Below are positions 1-14,225 of a stretch of 64,000 bases of DNA, in pieces. The stretch lies in assembly GCA_012295275.1 (NCBI GenBank), contig CM022671.1, positions 7,192,001 through 7,256,000 of the forward strand, written 5' to 3'. Source of the DNA: Chrysomallon squamiferum (taxonomy: Eukaryota; Animalia; Mollusca). The notes below the pieces were generated by a model. The model did no database searches, was not told the origin of the DNA, and saw nothing but the letters and a program-made list of their open reading frames with translations. Each line of letters starts with the position of its first letter. Within the stretch, counting starts at the first letter, position 1. Made by a program: the position numbers and the translations under genes.

Positions 1-177
1 CTAACTCCAGTGGAGGACGTTACGTTAATAACACAAGACACAAAACACTCCAAGCTCCAAGCATATCCAACCCAGGTTCTATCGGATTACGCTAAAGTAA
101 TGTTCTTCATTGCACCGTCCAGCGCAGCAAAACTTCAGCAATTCGCGTGTCTGGTCAGCGTCTAATAAATCACTAAT

Positions 178-283
178 TCTCGCACGATCTCGCGAGACGC
201 GCACAGTCTCGACTTTTCTCACGAGACAGCGATATCTCGACAAATCTCACGAGACGACATCATATCGTCCGTTCTCGGGAGAC
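178..283. repeat. Degenerate 28-bp tandem array built on the palindrome TCTCGCGAGA
   Basis: TCTC(G/A)(C/G)GAGAC starts at 188, 217, 245 and 273 (spacing 29, 28, 28). Confidence 0.7.
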
Positions 284-479
284 ATTTTTCACTTATTTAA
301 ACATTATTGACTTTGTGAATTGAATAAACACGGTCTCATTCGATCAGATTCGTTCCACGGACACTGTCGACTGGTGCTGTGTGCGTGTTCATTAGTAATA
401 ATGAGATTTCTCATTCTAGGTTGAAGACTGGGCATATTTAATTCAGCAGACAGAAGACATTTTTTATAGTTCCATTTTA

Positions 480-672
480 CAGCAGTAGTACCAGTAGTGC
501 TAGTAGTCGTATTAGTTATAACTGTACTAGTCGTAGTAGTATAATTTATTGTAACAGTAGTAGTAGTGGGTAAGTAGCTGCAGTAATAGCGTATCAGCAG
601 CAACAGCAGCAGCAGCAGTAGTAGTAGTAGGGGTATCAGCAGCAACAGTAATAGTAGTAGTAGTAGTAGTAA

Positions 673-712
<40 letters not shown>

Positions 713-713
713 G

Positions 714-756
<43 letters not shown>

Positions 757-786
757 CAGTAGTAGTAGTAGTAGCAGCAACAGTAA

Positions 787-822
<36 letters not shown>

Positions 823-870
823 GTGGTAGTAGTACTTGTGGTAGTAGTAGTAGTAGTAGTAGTAATAGTA
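480..870. repeat. Compound (GTA)n/(GCA)n/(GTG)n trinucleotide microsatellite
   Basis: Directly visible; it explains the poly-Leu and poly-Val ORFs here. Confidence 0.95.
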
Positions 871-1196
871 AAGGAAAAGTATTACTGAGTTACACTGTCA
901 TTTCAAATGTTCGAGAAAAAACTGTTTCTCCAAACAAAGCCATAAATAATGTCCACCCAGAAATCTTCCATTTCTTCTTTATTTTCATTCCCGTACTGAC
1001 TCAGTGCTCACATATCTTTGTCCTATTACATCAACGACGCTTTGAAATAATCAGCTCTTGATTGCCAGCAGAACGCTCGACAGACATGAATAGGGACGAA
1101 ATTCAGTTCTTGACGGTGTAATAACTATTCTTCCACCTGACGTGTTCTTACATTAGTTCCTTAAATCGGAATACAATGGCTTGGTTTCGCGAAAGC

Positions 1197-1342
1197 CTGG
1201 AATGGCGTAGTTTTGTCACTGAGAGAGCGTGGAATAGCACAGTTTTATCATAGAAAGTGTGTGGAATAGAATCGTTATATCACAGAACGAGTGTGGAATA
1301 GAATAGTTATATCATATGGAATAGATAATTTTATCATAGAAA
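1197..1342. repeat. About 32-bp minisatellite, 4-5 diverged copies
   Basis: GGAAT core at 1199, 1231, 1263, 1295 and 1318; consensus approximately gtggaatagaatagttatatcatagaaagtgt. Confidence 0.75.
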
Positions 1343-2339
1343 GGGGTAAAGGATAAGGAATAAATTTACTAAAGTAGCTCATAATAATGTCTTATGATGC
1401 ATTAAACACTATGATCTAATTGTGTTGTTATAGAGTTGATAATAAAATATATATGGAATATGGAAGTTTGATTGCAGAAGTGAGATATGGAATGATATAC
1501 TCTGTCTATAAAATGATGAATTATATGATTAGTCGTCTAGCACTCTGGAATATTTTGTTTCGTAGTAAAATTTAAGGCATGAAATCGCATCCCGTATTTA
1601 ACAAAATTAAGTCTGGTAAACCGTGATGAAATAAAATTAAGTGTATAATTAATAATGAAATTAGATTATATTCGGTATAAAACTCTTTTATTTACAGCGA
1701 AATGGGTAATATTATAAAGTTCCATTTTAAAATGTAGCGACATACTTTCTCTGTTATACGTGCATGCAAAACAATCTATCCTCTCCTCTGCACTGTAGGA
1801 ACAATGTACTGTTGTAGAGTTAACTGTGGGATTCTCTCTGTTTTAATAAACTGGATGGACGTTCGTTGAACCCTACAGCAATATTGTCTGGTAATCCATC
1901 AGTAGCCAAATCAGCTGAAGCAGAACTAACTTTCACTTCATCATCTAGATTCGCTGATATCTAATTTAAAGCAGACAAGTCAATACAGCAAGATATGTGT
2001 TAAGTGCATAGATTCATTTGTGCATGTGTTTGTTTTAGCGTGTGTGTGTGAATGTATGTATGTACGACTACGTATGTATGTGTGTATGTATATATAGTTG
2101 TGATTGTCTGAATGAATTAATGTTGGTATATATGTAAGTAATTATTTAAGTGCTTACATATGTTTGTTTTCTTTTACAAAATATCTAGACAGAAACAGAG
2201 ACAATATTTTTATACGTAAGAGATAAAACCTAACTATATATATACATAATTATCTTTTATACAGGGTTTTTCATTTTTAAACCTCAGGCAATCTTGTTCG
2301 TGCAAAACATAGTACCCATTATATTTATCTTTTAAAATC

Positions 2340-2662
2340 GCAGTTTGTCACGCACAACACAAATAACAGTTAGTTTGTAGTCAAATATGATGAACATTAC
2401 ATTTGTCATATACAACATATATAACAGTCAGGGGTTAAATATGATGAAAATTACATTTGACATATACATCATATATAACAGTTAGGGGTTAAATATAATG
2501 CACATTACATTTGTCATGCACAATATATATAACAGTTAGGGGTTAAATATGATGAACATTACATTTGTCATATAACAGTTAGAGGTTAAACATAATGCAC
2601 ATTACATTCGTCACGTACAGCATATACAACAGTTAGGTGTTAAATATAATGCACATTACAGT
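2340..2662. repeat. About 54-bp minisatellite, about 6 copies
   Basis: AACAGT anchors at 2365, 2423, 2477, 2531, 2574 and 2628; unit approximately aacagttaggggttaaatatgatgaacattacatttgtcatatacaacatatat. Confidence 0.9.
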
Positions 2663-3264
2663 TGCCTCGTAAAACCATTATCATCTTTGTACGCAGAAGG
2701 TAGCTAAACAGAGCTTCCATTAATTATCATTCTACAATCACTGCTTTCCTGGTGGTCTTGTGATGAGTAAACATTCATTTATTACCGCCGCGTTGTTGAA
2801 GCGTTGCTGTCGTTTTGTATCGGACAGTTGGTAAACACTGCGTTCGTTCGAACCGCACTGGTTAATAATGCAACATGCAATTTGTCATGTGCGCCGGATT
2901 ATTCCCGCTATTAGCATTTCGAGATTAGAAGGCGAAAAGGTCTTCGTCAAACGCGTACTCGCGCGATTTATCAGCGTAGCTGGCTTCCGAAATCATTCCG
3001 CTGCAGCATTAATCACAAGCATACTGTCAGAAACATTAGAATATGAATCAGCTTGGAGATATTGGACGAAAATAGAGATTTGTACATCTCTCGTGTTTGG
3101 TTTACAGACGGCTAACGCGGGACACTGAAGGTTAAGCCTGCGCGTAGGAGTCTTTGTACAGAGTGTGTGTGTGTGTGTGTGGTCTTTTCTCTTTCAGTCT
3201 GAGACGCTTGCTGGGTTCGTAGATGACATTTCTAGCGTTTTAACGTTGGTTGCGGATTTGAGTT

Positions 3265-3562
3265 TTGAGCGTAGGTCTAAGACGTGATAGGTCGTTGGTC
3301 AAACCTCGAATTATCACTTTGATAATTTCACGACCGAACCATTGCTCTAGGTCTGGTTTATAAAAGTCTGTGATATATCTTTTTTTTTTTTTTTTTCGTC
3401 TATGGGTAGGTGGTGATAAAAAATCCGTTATTGCTAGTCGAAAAAGAGTAGCCTGTGTTGTAATGGTACGTTGTTTTTTTTATCTCTTTGTATGCTTCTT
3501 GACCATATGAATGAACGTGTGTAGATTAAAATATTTTGAGTTCGCTTTTAAATAAAAATATT
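3265..3562 (+). mobile_element. Decayed SINE-like interspersed repeat
   Basis: The 3' segment (attttgagttcgcttttaaataaaaata) matches the reverse complement of the copies near 14005 and 49476. The body (ttattgctagtcgaaaaagagtagcc...accatatg) fits my recollection of an abundant gastropod tRNA-derived SINE. Confidence 0.55.
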
Positions 3563-3939
3563 TTTTTTTTTTTTTTGCTTTCTTTCTCCAACATGGAGAT
3601 TATATTTCTAATAACAAGGAAGATTCAAATAAAGTCATTCTTAAAGTACAGCTGAACAAAATGAAAAGATTTTTTTTCTTTTTCTTCTTCTTTATTTATT
3701 TATTTATTTTTTTATATTGTTTAGTTTTGGGGGATGGCGGCGGGGATGGTTTTAATTTGGTGGTGAAACACTTTAAAGAGAAGAAATCATTTAAACTAAA
3801 AAGAACTGTAAATTGCGTAATTGCCAATTGGCAGTTGAAACGTGAGAGAGCAAAGATGGTAATTCTCTGGCAGAAAACGAGTTCTTTGAAAGAATTGCCT
3901 CAGAGAACGAAATGAGAAAATCAGATGGCTTTTTTAACT

Positions 3940-3972
<33 letters not shown>

Positions 3973-4419
3973 GTTGGTTTTTAATTTGTACAATCCTTCC
4001 TTTGCCAGTACTAACCTAACAAAAAAAAAAAAAAAAAATTAAATAAAGAAACAGAAAATAAAGATGAAATTATCAATGCCTTCTCCTATGATTTCAGGAT
4101 CGAGTTTGTGTTGTCTTTTTCACCAGCAAAGTAAAAAGATTAAAACCATGAAATTACGGAGATTTTAAACCAGTGTGTTTTACAGTGAAGAAATCTGATA
4201 GGACGGTTATTATTTTTAAATTACTCTGCAGTTAGTGGAAGGTAACAGAGATGACAGTGTATCTGCGTGATGGGAATTATGATAGTCACACTGAAAATAG
4301 GAAAATAATAGCACGTAATTTAAATTATAAATGGTTTTTTTAAAAAACATGAAGAATTAGAGAATTAAAACTTGAATAAGAATGAGAGAGGGAAAAAGAA
4401 CGAGTTTGAAGGGGAGAGT

Positions 4420-4583
<164 letters not shown>

Positions 4584-5485
4584 GTAAAGAAAGAATGAAT
4601 GAGTTAGAGAAAGAGAGAAACAGAGTTAGTTCTACAATAAGCAAAACGATCAAAATCATTTCATCAAATCCACACCAATCCAAAAATAAAAAAATAAAAA
4701 TAACACTTCCCCTTAAAAAAAAATATACAAACAACAGCTCCCTGTCCTCCCCACCTCCCACATCATTTACGAACGGCTCCTGGAACGAGACTGGCTGGGC
4801 TACTCGTGATTTTTAGCAATCAGGCGCTGATCCCCAGCCTGGCCCATTCAATCAGAAGAAGATTTCGCTCAAATGGGATTCCTTGAATATGGATGAAGCG
4901 CCGATTTTTTCGCAGGCATCAAAACATCTTCACGACAAACGGAGGCCTTCGTGTTATTATTAAATATAATCCTGTAGGATTATTATAAGAATGGCATGTA
5001 CTTCGCGGGGAGCGGGGGTTGTTGTTGTTGTTGTTGTTGTTGTTGCTGTTGTTTTGTTTCCAGGACTGGTCTAGGCTGGATGATAATGCAAACATGTTAT
5101 CTTGAAGCCGATGCCGGATCGATGGAACTGGGTCAAAGAAGAAAATGTTTTTGTCTTCTTCGCAAACACTCGAGAGCGAGAACCTCGTAATGCCTGTCCT
5201 ATCTGCTTGTTGCATTTAAAGGGAATCGATAATGAAAACAAGAGAATGTAAAAAAAAATATAAAAAAATAGGTATATATGTTATAAGATTAGGAGATTTT
5301 GTTATCAATTGGGTTTATGGATATTGAGTGATTACGTAAAGAAATATAACGGGTTTTTTTTTTTTTCTTTCGCGTGATAAAGAAAAAAGAAAAAGAATAT
5401 TAGAATAAATAAATAAAGAAAAAAATGACAAAATAAATAAAAAGGAAAAAACATTTTAGAATAAATAATTTCAGTTTTCCTGTTT

Positions 5486-5648
<163 letters not shown>

Positions 5649-6569
5649 GTGTCTATATCTTTCATTTAGTCCTAGTTATTCATCCTTGCGTCAGCCGCTG
5701 ATCTATTTATTTTTTTCCATTTTATTTATACCTCCACTTTAACTGTATTCCCTTTTATTATACCCTCCAATTTAAAATAATAATAATAATAACATTAATA
5801 TTTTTTATAAATTATATCCTGTTTTCTTCCCTGGCTCATCAAAATCAGAGAGAGAGAGATGCTATCAAATTTACCTAATTCTGCGAACACGCTTTTTTCT
5901 CGATATTAATCTGTAATTTTTCTATTTTACACCGCAGTATGACTGATGCTGTTACCAAAATAATTTATTTAATGATCCGCACGCCAGAAGCTTCGCTAGA
6001 GGGGTTTTTTCTGGGGTTTATTTTTTTTCTTGTATTTCTTTTTTTTTAATCTCTAAATTTAGACAAACGCATCAGCAATTAAAACACATGTACGTCTTCC
6101 TGCGACGTCAGTGACAACGTTATTCTGAATTCTTGTCTTGTTCTCTTGTAACGGACAAATATGTCATCTGCGTTGACAAACCACTGCATTTTTTTTTTTT
6201 TTTTTTTTTTATATTAAGATGGCTGCTCTTCAGAAACTTTTCAACATGTTTTAAAACGCATTACGTTGTGAAATATTCTAAACACATTAAGATTCTTGAC
6301 ACGCTCTGTCGGATAAAAAGAGGTGAATGTTTTTTCTTGGCTTGCAGTAGTTTATGAAGCAGTAACACGGAGGAAACCATTCGTTATCTGGCGTCATTCG
6401 GTGACATTTTTACAGCACTCAGTGGCTCGGTTACAGCACCTTTGTGGCAGTATTTTCTTGAATTTTAAATAATTAATTATACTAAAACTGCACGCAACAG
6501 TTCGTTTCAGTGAATAGAATTAAAGTAGATGTCACTTTGAAATGTCGCTTTACAATGAATATATATATA

Positions 6570-6623
<54 letters not shown>

Positions 6624-6626
<3 letters not shown>

Positions 6627-6845
6627 TTAACAATGCCCAGCATGTTTTATTAGTAATTATAATATATCAAGCACAAAAAAAAGGATACTTATAATAAAAC
6701 CGTGGAAACCCGCTTTTTTCGAAAACAAAGATTACATATCCATTAGCAGATAGAGATTTTCAATAAATACCTTCCCAGATACAGTAAATATGTTTCTTCA
6801 ATGTCTCACGCGAGAGTCGTTAAATGGAATGAAAACATCTGCGAC
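6624..6845 (-). mobile_element. Highly decayed copy of the same SINE-like family
   Basis: Colinear blocks (tatttaacaa, gaaacccgct, attagcag, accttccca) shared in part with the 14003-14225 copy. Confidence 0.4.
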
Positions 6846-7189
6846 TTATCCATTATTGGGGTTTGAGGGTCTACTCTCTGAGCAAGTCGTTGCCTTTCAG
6901 TATTACAGTGACAGACCAGAAATATCGCCAAAATCTATTACTTGTATTGTCACGTACAGTAACAGGCCAGAAATATCGCCATAACCATCAAAATCATATT
7001 AATCGCCAAAATCGTTTATTAATATATATATATATATGTTTCTTTACGTTTCTAAAAGTCAACAACAAAGCAAGTTAGGTACTGCCAACACATCGTGATC
7101 AATCGATCACGTTTGATTGTAACGTATTAGCCGCTGTTTCTAGGTTAATCACGTGATTTTGTTGTGTGTTTCCTCTGGGATTTTACGTC

Positions 7190-7338
7190 TTAAATGTAAA
7201 ACACATAGACATAAGAAGAAGATAAAACACACTGCTGATAGGAAATTGAAACATTTCCATCAAGGCATTAAATTTGTATTCTCTCTTTCGATCAGCATTT
7301 GCGTTTTATCTTCTTAGGTGTATGTGTTTTAGATTTAA
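7190..7338. repeat. Imperfect long inverted repeat (MITE-like foldback)
   Basis: Left arm ttaaatgtaaaacacatagacataagaagaagataaaacacactgctgat versus right-arm reverse complement ttaaatctaaaacacatacacctaagaagataaaacgcaaatgctgat. Confidence 0.85.
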
Positions 7339-7705
7339 ATGTATCAACGTACAGGTTAAATACATTTGTGTTTTTGTGTTGTTGTAGTGATACTTTATTA
7401 TTAGCATAAGATAGTCTCCAGTGACATTTAAATAATCTCATAGAAGTAGAATGGTTTTAATTAGGTTATTTTGTTCGTACTAACATAGATTAAACTAACT
7501 CGAAAATAAAGAATATTTTCTTTTGTTGACGATACTTTCACTTTCGTTATAATGAAAATAATTTCAACTTGAACATTGTATACATCACGATGTTGTTGTA
7601 TCCTGTTTTTGAAATAATGGAAGAGATGAGAAGAGATTTGTTTACAGCATTCATAAATAAAAAAGCTTCCCGAATCAACATAATTTTTTTTGTTTGTTTT
7701 TGTTT

Positions 7706-7736
<31 letters not shown>

Positions 7737-8365
7737 TTTTATTTTATTTTATTCTATTTTTATCTCTTTTTTTTAAAATAAAAAACCAAACTTATTTATT
7801 TATTTATTTTATTTTATTTTTTTTAAATAAAAAACAAACTTATTAACTTTATTTACTTATTTATTGTTGTTATTTTGAAAATAATTAAAAATAAACTTTT
7901 TTTTTTCCTTTCTAACTCAGCTCACATGTGAACTATTTTTTTTTAAACTGAAATTCTAGAACAAAAATAACAACATTAGTTCAGCTAAGGTTTGATAACG
8001 TACAATTACTGTGACATCGAATTAGTGTTTGAAGCGAGGCTGATGTCGCGTGCTACGAGATCTGGGGCGCGTGCACTGATTGCCGAAAGCGCAGTCTGCA
8101 CAGAACTTTACTCGAGTAGAACAAAACCAAGATTTGTTCAGCCTGGCTTCATTTCTTCCGCTTTAAGCATTGTTCACATTCATAATAACAAAAAGATTAG
8201 AGAAAAATAAAAGCCACTCAAAAAAATCTTCACGACATCTCCAAGCGAAAATGGAGAAAAGAATTCCTCTAATTGTCATTTCACCTGAAGGTGATTAATT
8301 CTAGAGAAATATATCCAGGCGTGATGTGATCGATAATTCTTCAAATCTGTGGGAGTTTTTTTATG

Positions 8366-8396
<31 letters not shown>

Positions 8397-9125
8397 CATA
8401 CGTCCATCTTTGCAACATATCATTAAAGCGATATAAATGTATTAATTAGTGAGTTTCGTTATTATAAAGTCTTTTGTCGATCAGCGAAGCGTTTAAACCA
8501 ATCGAGCTGTTTCACTTCTCTTCTTCCGAACGAAATTCTTCAACCTTAATTATCACAGTGGCTAACAGTGACACGGAATCAAGATGGCGTTATTAATATC
8601 ATTTTCACATTTTCTTTTTTATCTTTAATCTCATTGGGGGGAATTTTTTCTCTACGTCTTTTCATCTTCTTTTTTTCTTTTTTCTTTTTTTTCTCTCACT
8701 AATGACTAAGACAAGACGAAAATATCTCATGGTCTGAAAAACATTATGTTAAAGGTTATAATATAATTTTCTGATGCTTGTTTTTTTTTTTTTTTTCTGT
8801 TAAAAACAAATTACGTTAACGCTGTGTTAATTTAGTTTTCTTGTTTTTGTGCTAAAACAGACAATATACACGTTCTTTGGTTGTAATAACAACATAATTA
8901 GCTTGATGGAAGCTCGCTTTTTCAGTTACAGATCTTGATAACTGAAAAACAAAAATACACCTTGAATTTGATTTTTGAAAAATAATGATTACCGTGCAAT
9001 GTTCTAAACAATTATATATATATGTGTGGGTGTATATATGTATTTAGGTACGTATGAACTTGTGCGTATGAACTTGTTTGTGTTCATTTATCTAAGATTG
9101 TATACGTTCGAATCTATATGTACGT

Positions 9126-9127
<2 letters not shown>

Positions 9128-9162
<35 letters not shown>

Positions 9163-9405
9163 TACAAACATACAGGCATACATACATACATACATACATA
9201 TATATATACATGCATATATACATACAATCATGCATATATATATATACATACATTCATACATACATACATGCATATATATATATACATACATACATACATG
9301 CATATATACATTCATACATACATACACATACATACATACATACATGCATACATACATACATACATACATATATACATGCACACATATTCTACATGTATAT
9401 ATGTA
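9128..9405. repeat. (CA)n/(CATA)n compound microsatellite
   Basis: Directly visible; similar tracts near 9690, 17100, 55860 and 62500. Confidence 0.9.
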
Positions 9406-9519
9406 GGTACCTAATACAACATACAATCACGACTCAGACACATACACACGCACTTTCTACTGTTAACTTTTAACGTGTATGTCGGTGATGATTTCTAATC
9501 TGTGTTTTATTGTTTTCAG

Positions 9520-9600
9520 GGTACTGTGAGAACGTTAAGAAAGATAACGACTACCTGCTGCTCATACACGTTCCAGAGACGTACGACTTCACAATGGCCA
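9520..9600 (+). CDS. Universal stress protein (USP domain) gene, internal exon A
   Basis: Acceptor ttttattgttttcAG ends 9519 and donor GTaggt starts 9601. The 81-nt phase 1-1 exon reads (W)YCENVKKDNDYLLLIHVPETYDFTMA(S); LLLIHV fits USP beta-2. It joins in frame to 21000. Confidence 0.88.
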
Positions 9601-10229
9601 GTAGGTTACCTCTACTTTACTTTATATTAGTTATATCTGTGTTTTACTAGCAGGGAGGGTTTTACGAGTTTGTCTACTGGAGTTAAACTGATATACATAT
9701 ATACATATACATATACATATACATACAAAACACACATATATATATATATACAAGCATATATACAAGTATATATATATATATATATATGTATATATGTTGT
9801 TATAGTGTATATATATATTTGTATATGCACACACAAACACCCACACACGTGCAGAAATCTACATAATACAAACGCGTATATCCCTGTGTTATGTTTTAAA
9901 ATATCAACTTCACACTGAATCGTAATTAACTGGTGAAAGTCACACAGTAAGAACATTCATTTGTAAATACGAACAAACTACATACACTTAGCGAAACCGA
10001 GTACCTAATTCTTCAAATGTGTTAACTCTTTGTTTCTAAGTATAGACCAATCTGAGCTGTAGACTGTTAAAAACAAAACAGAAGTGTTCAAAATCTGATG
10101 CGTCAGTTTGGCAGCAGATGAAAAGGTTTAAATGATTCAGCGATGACAGAATTAGGCCGCCGAAAATAAACGAGAGTGATAAACATTTTTTAGAGTTATC
10201 GTTCTTGGGATGATGTCAAACATGAATTT

Positions 10230-10267
<38 letters not shown>

Positions 10268-11121
10268 TATTTATTTATTTATTTCAACATCAGATTTAAA
10301 AAGTAAACACTAATAGAAATATCTGAGTTAAATACTGGCTTTTAAAATATATTTTTCATGATATATACATTATTTTTATTTTTATGTATGTAAGAAGATA
10401 AGTGTTTTCCTAATAACAAAATATAATTATCAACAAAATGGCGAAGAGCCTCGAAGCAGACATATTCTCCATTACCATTGAACACATCAATGAAACCAGT
10501 AAGAAAAACAATTCAATATCTGCCATATCCTGAGGCTTCCGCGTAATCTGTTTCTTTTATTGTCTTACTTTATTATTAACAATGATTGGTCGCCAAAAAA
10601 AACACCTAACAAAACAATCACACGAAAGCATACTGCTATTAATTTGATTCAGAGTAAGAGAGAAAAGCATCATATTCAAGTCACTATCTATAAATAAATC
10701 AAATTTTAGATTTGACAGATACAAGATCCGACATTTGCACTGAAATACGTCATTTTGTTAATAATTATAATTATTTATTACACAACATGTAACATACACG
10801 ATTCTCGTCACAGATGTGTTATTAAGTATTATCAAAGTGCTGGTAATGATCATGATTAGAATAATTACAACACGGCATGGGAAGGTGGTTTTAATTCAGG
10901 TACAAGGAAGTTAATGTAGATAATGTAGTATATATTAAGAATAATGTTTGGTGGTTCTGTTTGATGTTGTGGCTCGTTATCTGAACGCATGTCAAATGTT
11001 TAGTATCAGTATCGGTAGATTGAGTTAAAGAGAAATATTTCTTGCGTAGGTTGTATTGATAGTTTCATTAGCTGTTTATGGAATGGCATAGACATGCGTT
11101 TGCTTATGAGAAAGAGAGAGG

Positions 11122-11229
<108 letters not shown>

Positions 11230-11714
11230 GTAGAAACTAATTTTGAAAGTTTAATAATGTTAATAAAAAAATAAATTAATAAAATATTTTTCAATATTTT
11301 AAGTTTCAATATTTTAAGTTTCAATAACTCCAAAACTGACAATAAATATTAAATAAAAACATTCACAACAAATATATACATGTAGCCTTTTTTAAATTTT
11401 ATTTTATTTTATTTTTTGAAGCCACATTTTATAATTATTTATCTGAACTTTGCCAGATCCTCTTCAGAGATGCTGCCTGAAGGCGAGAATGTTATGTCTC
11501 TGAAATCTAGCCCCCAACTTCAGTTTAATTAGCTATAACGTGTACTAGAGATAGCCTTATCTGATAAACTAGCTTTATTTTTCAATATACAGCTACAACT
11601 GCATGTGTTAAATGCATGGCCATAAATATATTTCAATATTAACTTCATTGGAGCATTAATATATTTACTAGAAGAAGCGTAGAGTTTTATAAATGTAAAC
11701 TTATACGTGTCTGA

Positions 11715-12255
<541 letters not shown>

Positions 12256-12506
12256 GGAGAGAGATAGTGCGGGCGGTAACGAGAACGTGACCTAATTACT
12301 AAAAAATTATTATAACAACAATAAAACTAATTAAAACTAACCATTATTAAGGCATGAAGTAAGTGTTGCACATCATTATCAAGTAGTCTCTTAAATAAAG
12401 ATGCTTTCACAAGATGCCATTTTCAGTAACGATTTTTTTTTTTTTACCGTATTGAACAGTGTGAATAACAATTTAGCATATATATCACGCATGTAATAAT
12501 AACAAT

Positions 12507-12552
<46 letters not shown>

Positions 12553-12954
12553 GTAATTTTGATATTAATCGTTACCCGAAATTGCATCTTGAGATAGCGC
12601 CATTAGTCATTAACAGCATGGTTTTAACATAGCGTGTGTATTTTTTCGTTGAGGTATTTACTAGATACATTAGTTTGATTTCACCTGACGCTTTGTTCTG
12701 GCTTTTCTTGCAGCGGTTTTTCCCAAACCAAGTGATCTTGCAGGTACACATTTCTTTTTTTTTCTTTTTCACTTCATCTACCTTTCGTCTCCATTTTGTA
12801 TACTGCTCAACACTGCGCATGACGCTTGCAGCATGGCTGAACGGAAGTGACGCAGTGTGACTGTCATTGCTAAACCGTCTCGCATTCCAGCGTGCATGAA
12901 GTTTCGCGATTGCTTTGTTATTTGTAGGATTCATTGTAAATCGGCTGCTGTTTG

Positions 12955-13022
<68 letters not shown>

Positions 13023-13623
13023 TTAGCTGAACAGGTTTCAAGTCATTTTTGTTCAAACAGAAAGATTCCAGAGCTTAAATATTCCCCTTATTTAGATTCT
13101 CTGATACTACATTACCTCCCTTAGAAAACTCCAATAAGGATTCATTCTGCATGAGATCGAGAATTTGCAGAAGAAATTTAAAAGCTTAACTGTTGTTACT
13201 ATGGTGTTGAGCAGTTTACGAAATCTAACTGTAAAAATCTTGTCCTGTTTTCCAAGATATAAGATAGTTTAAACAGTCTACCTGGAAGTATTAACGTAAC
13301 CATACAGTTTGTTAGTCTTCCTTAATATAATCGTATGCATTCGACCCAAGATTTATTAAAAACAGTTTACTAAAAATGTATTAATATAGCTTATATCGTC
13401 TACCTAGATTTATTAGCATAGGTTGCTGTACTTATTTTAGTAAGATATATTAGTATTGTCATGTATTACTTAACAATATTTATTAATGAACACTTTAATA
13501 AATATAAAAATAAATTATTATTATTATACAGGCTATAAGCAACATAACTATACGTATTATGATAACAGAGACTTATTCAGTGTACTAAGATTTAGTAATA
13601 ATACACGTATTTATAAGATTTGC

Positions 13624-13663
<40 letters not shown>

Positions 13664-13719
13664 TTGTTGATGATGATGATGATGAAATAATAATAGTAAT
13701 AATAATAATAATAATAATA

Positions 13720-13757
<38 letters not shown>

Positions 13758-14002
13758 GTATAGTTTTAGCCTGTTTGACAATACAGACTTATACATCCAC
13801 TATTTGTTAATCCGACGCAACGTTCAAAATCCACACGTATGACGTCATGTAATTTCCGCTCAGAAATGTTTCGACTGAATCAACTCTTTCTTCACTCTTC
13901 TCTATATTAAGTAACGCAGCCTTATAACTTCTGTGATAGAAAAAAAAAAAAAAAAAAAAGAAGAAGAATCTTGTAGTCTTAGAGATCCCTGTATTAAGAA
14001 AA

Positions 14003-14225
14003 TAATGTATTATTTAAAGACACACACGACACATTTCTTTTGTTAATTTACAGTTACATGGCTTCGTATATAAGGTTGAATACCGTACATATAAGAACGA
14101 AAATAACTAATATGAATTAGCAGGAAATTATCTTTTATATGCACCTTCCCATAGACGGAAATAAAATATCACAGCCTTTGATTAATATGTCGTAGAGCGC
14201 TGGTTACGATGTGAAATGGCTCGGA
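14003..14225 (-). mobile_element. SINE-like interspersed repeat, best-preserved body in the window
   Basis: Blocks tgtattatttaaagacacacacgacacattt, attagcaggaaattatcttttatatgcaccttcccatagacgg and cagcctttg are colinear with the other copies. Confidence 0.6.

Noticed and set aside
178-283. CRISPR array interpretation of the periodic palindromes
   Set aside because: The repeat is only about 11 bp, the period is 28 bp, the spacers are partly related, there are no cas genes, and the context is eukaryotic.
2340-2662. Interstitial telomeric repeat
   Set aside because: TTAGGG occurs at most once per 54-bp unit and never in tandem.
7082-7118. Candidate USP exon 1 ending TTT GAT T|gt
   Set aside because: The phase fits, but the upstream translation LPTHRDQSITFD lacks the USP beta-1 (V/I)AVDGS-type motif and the donor is weak.
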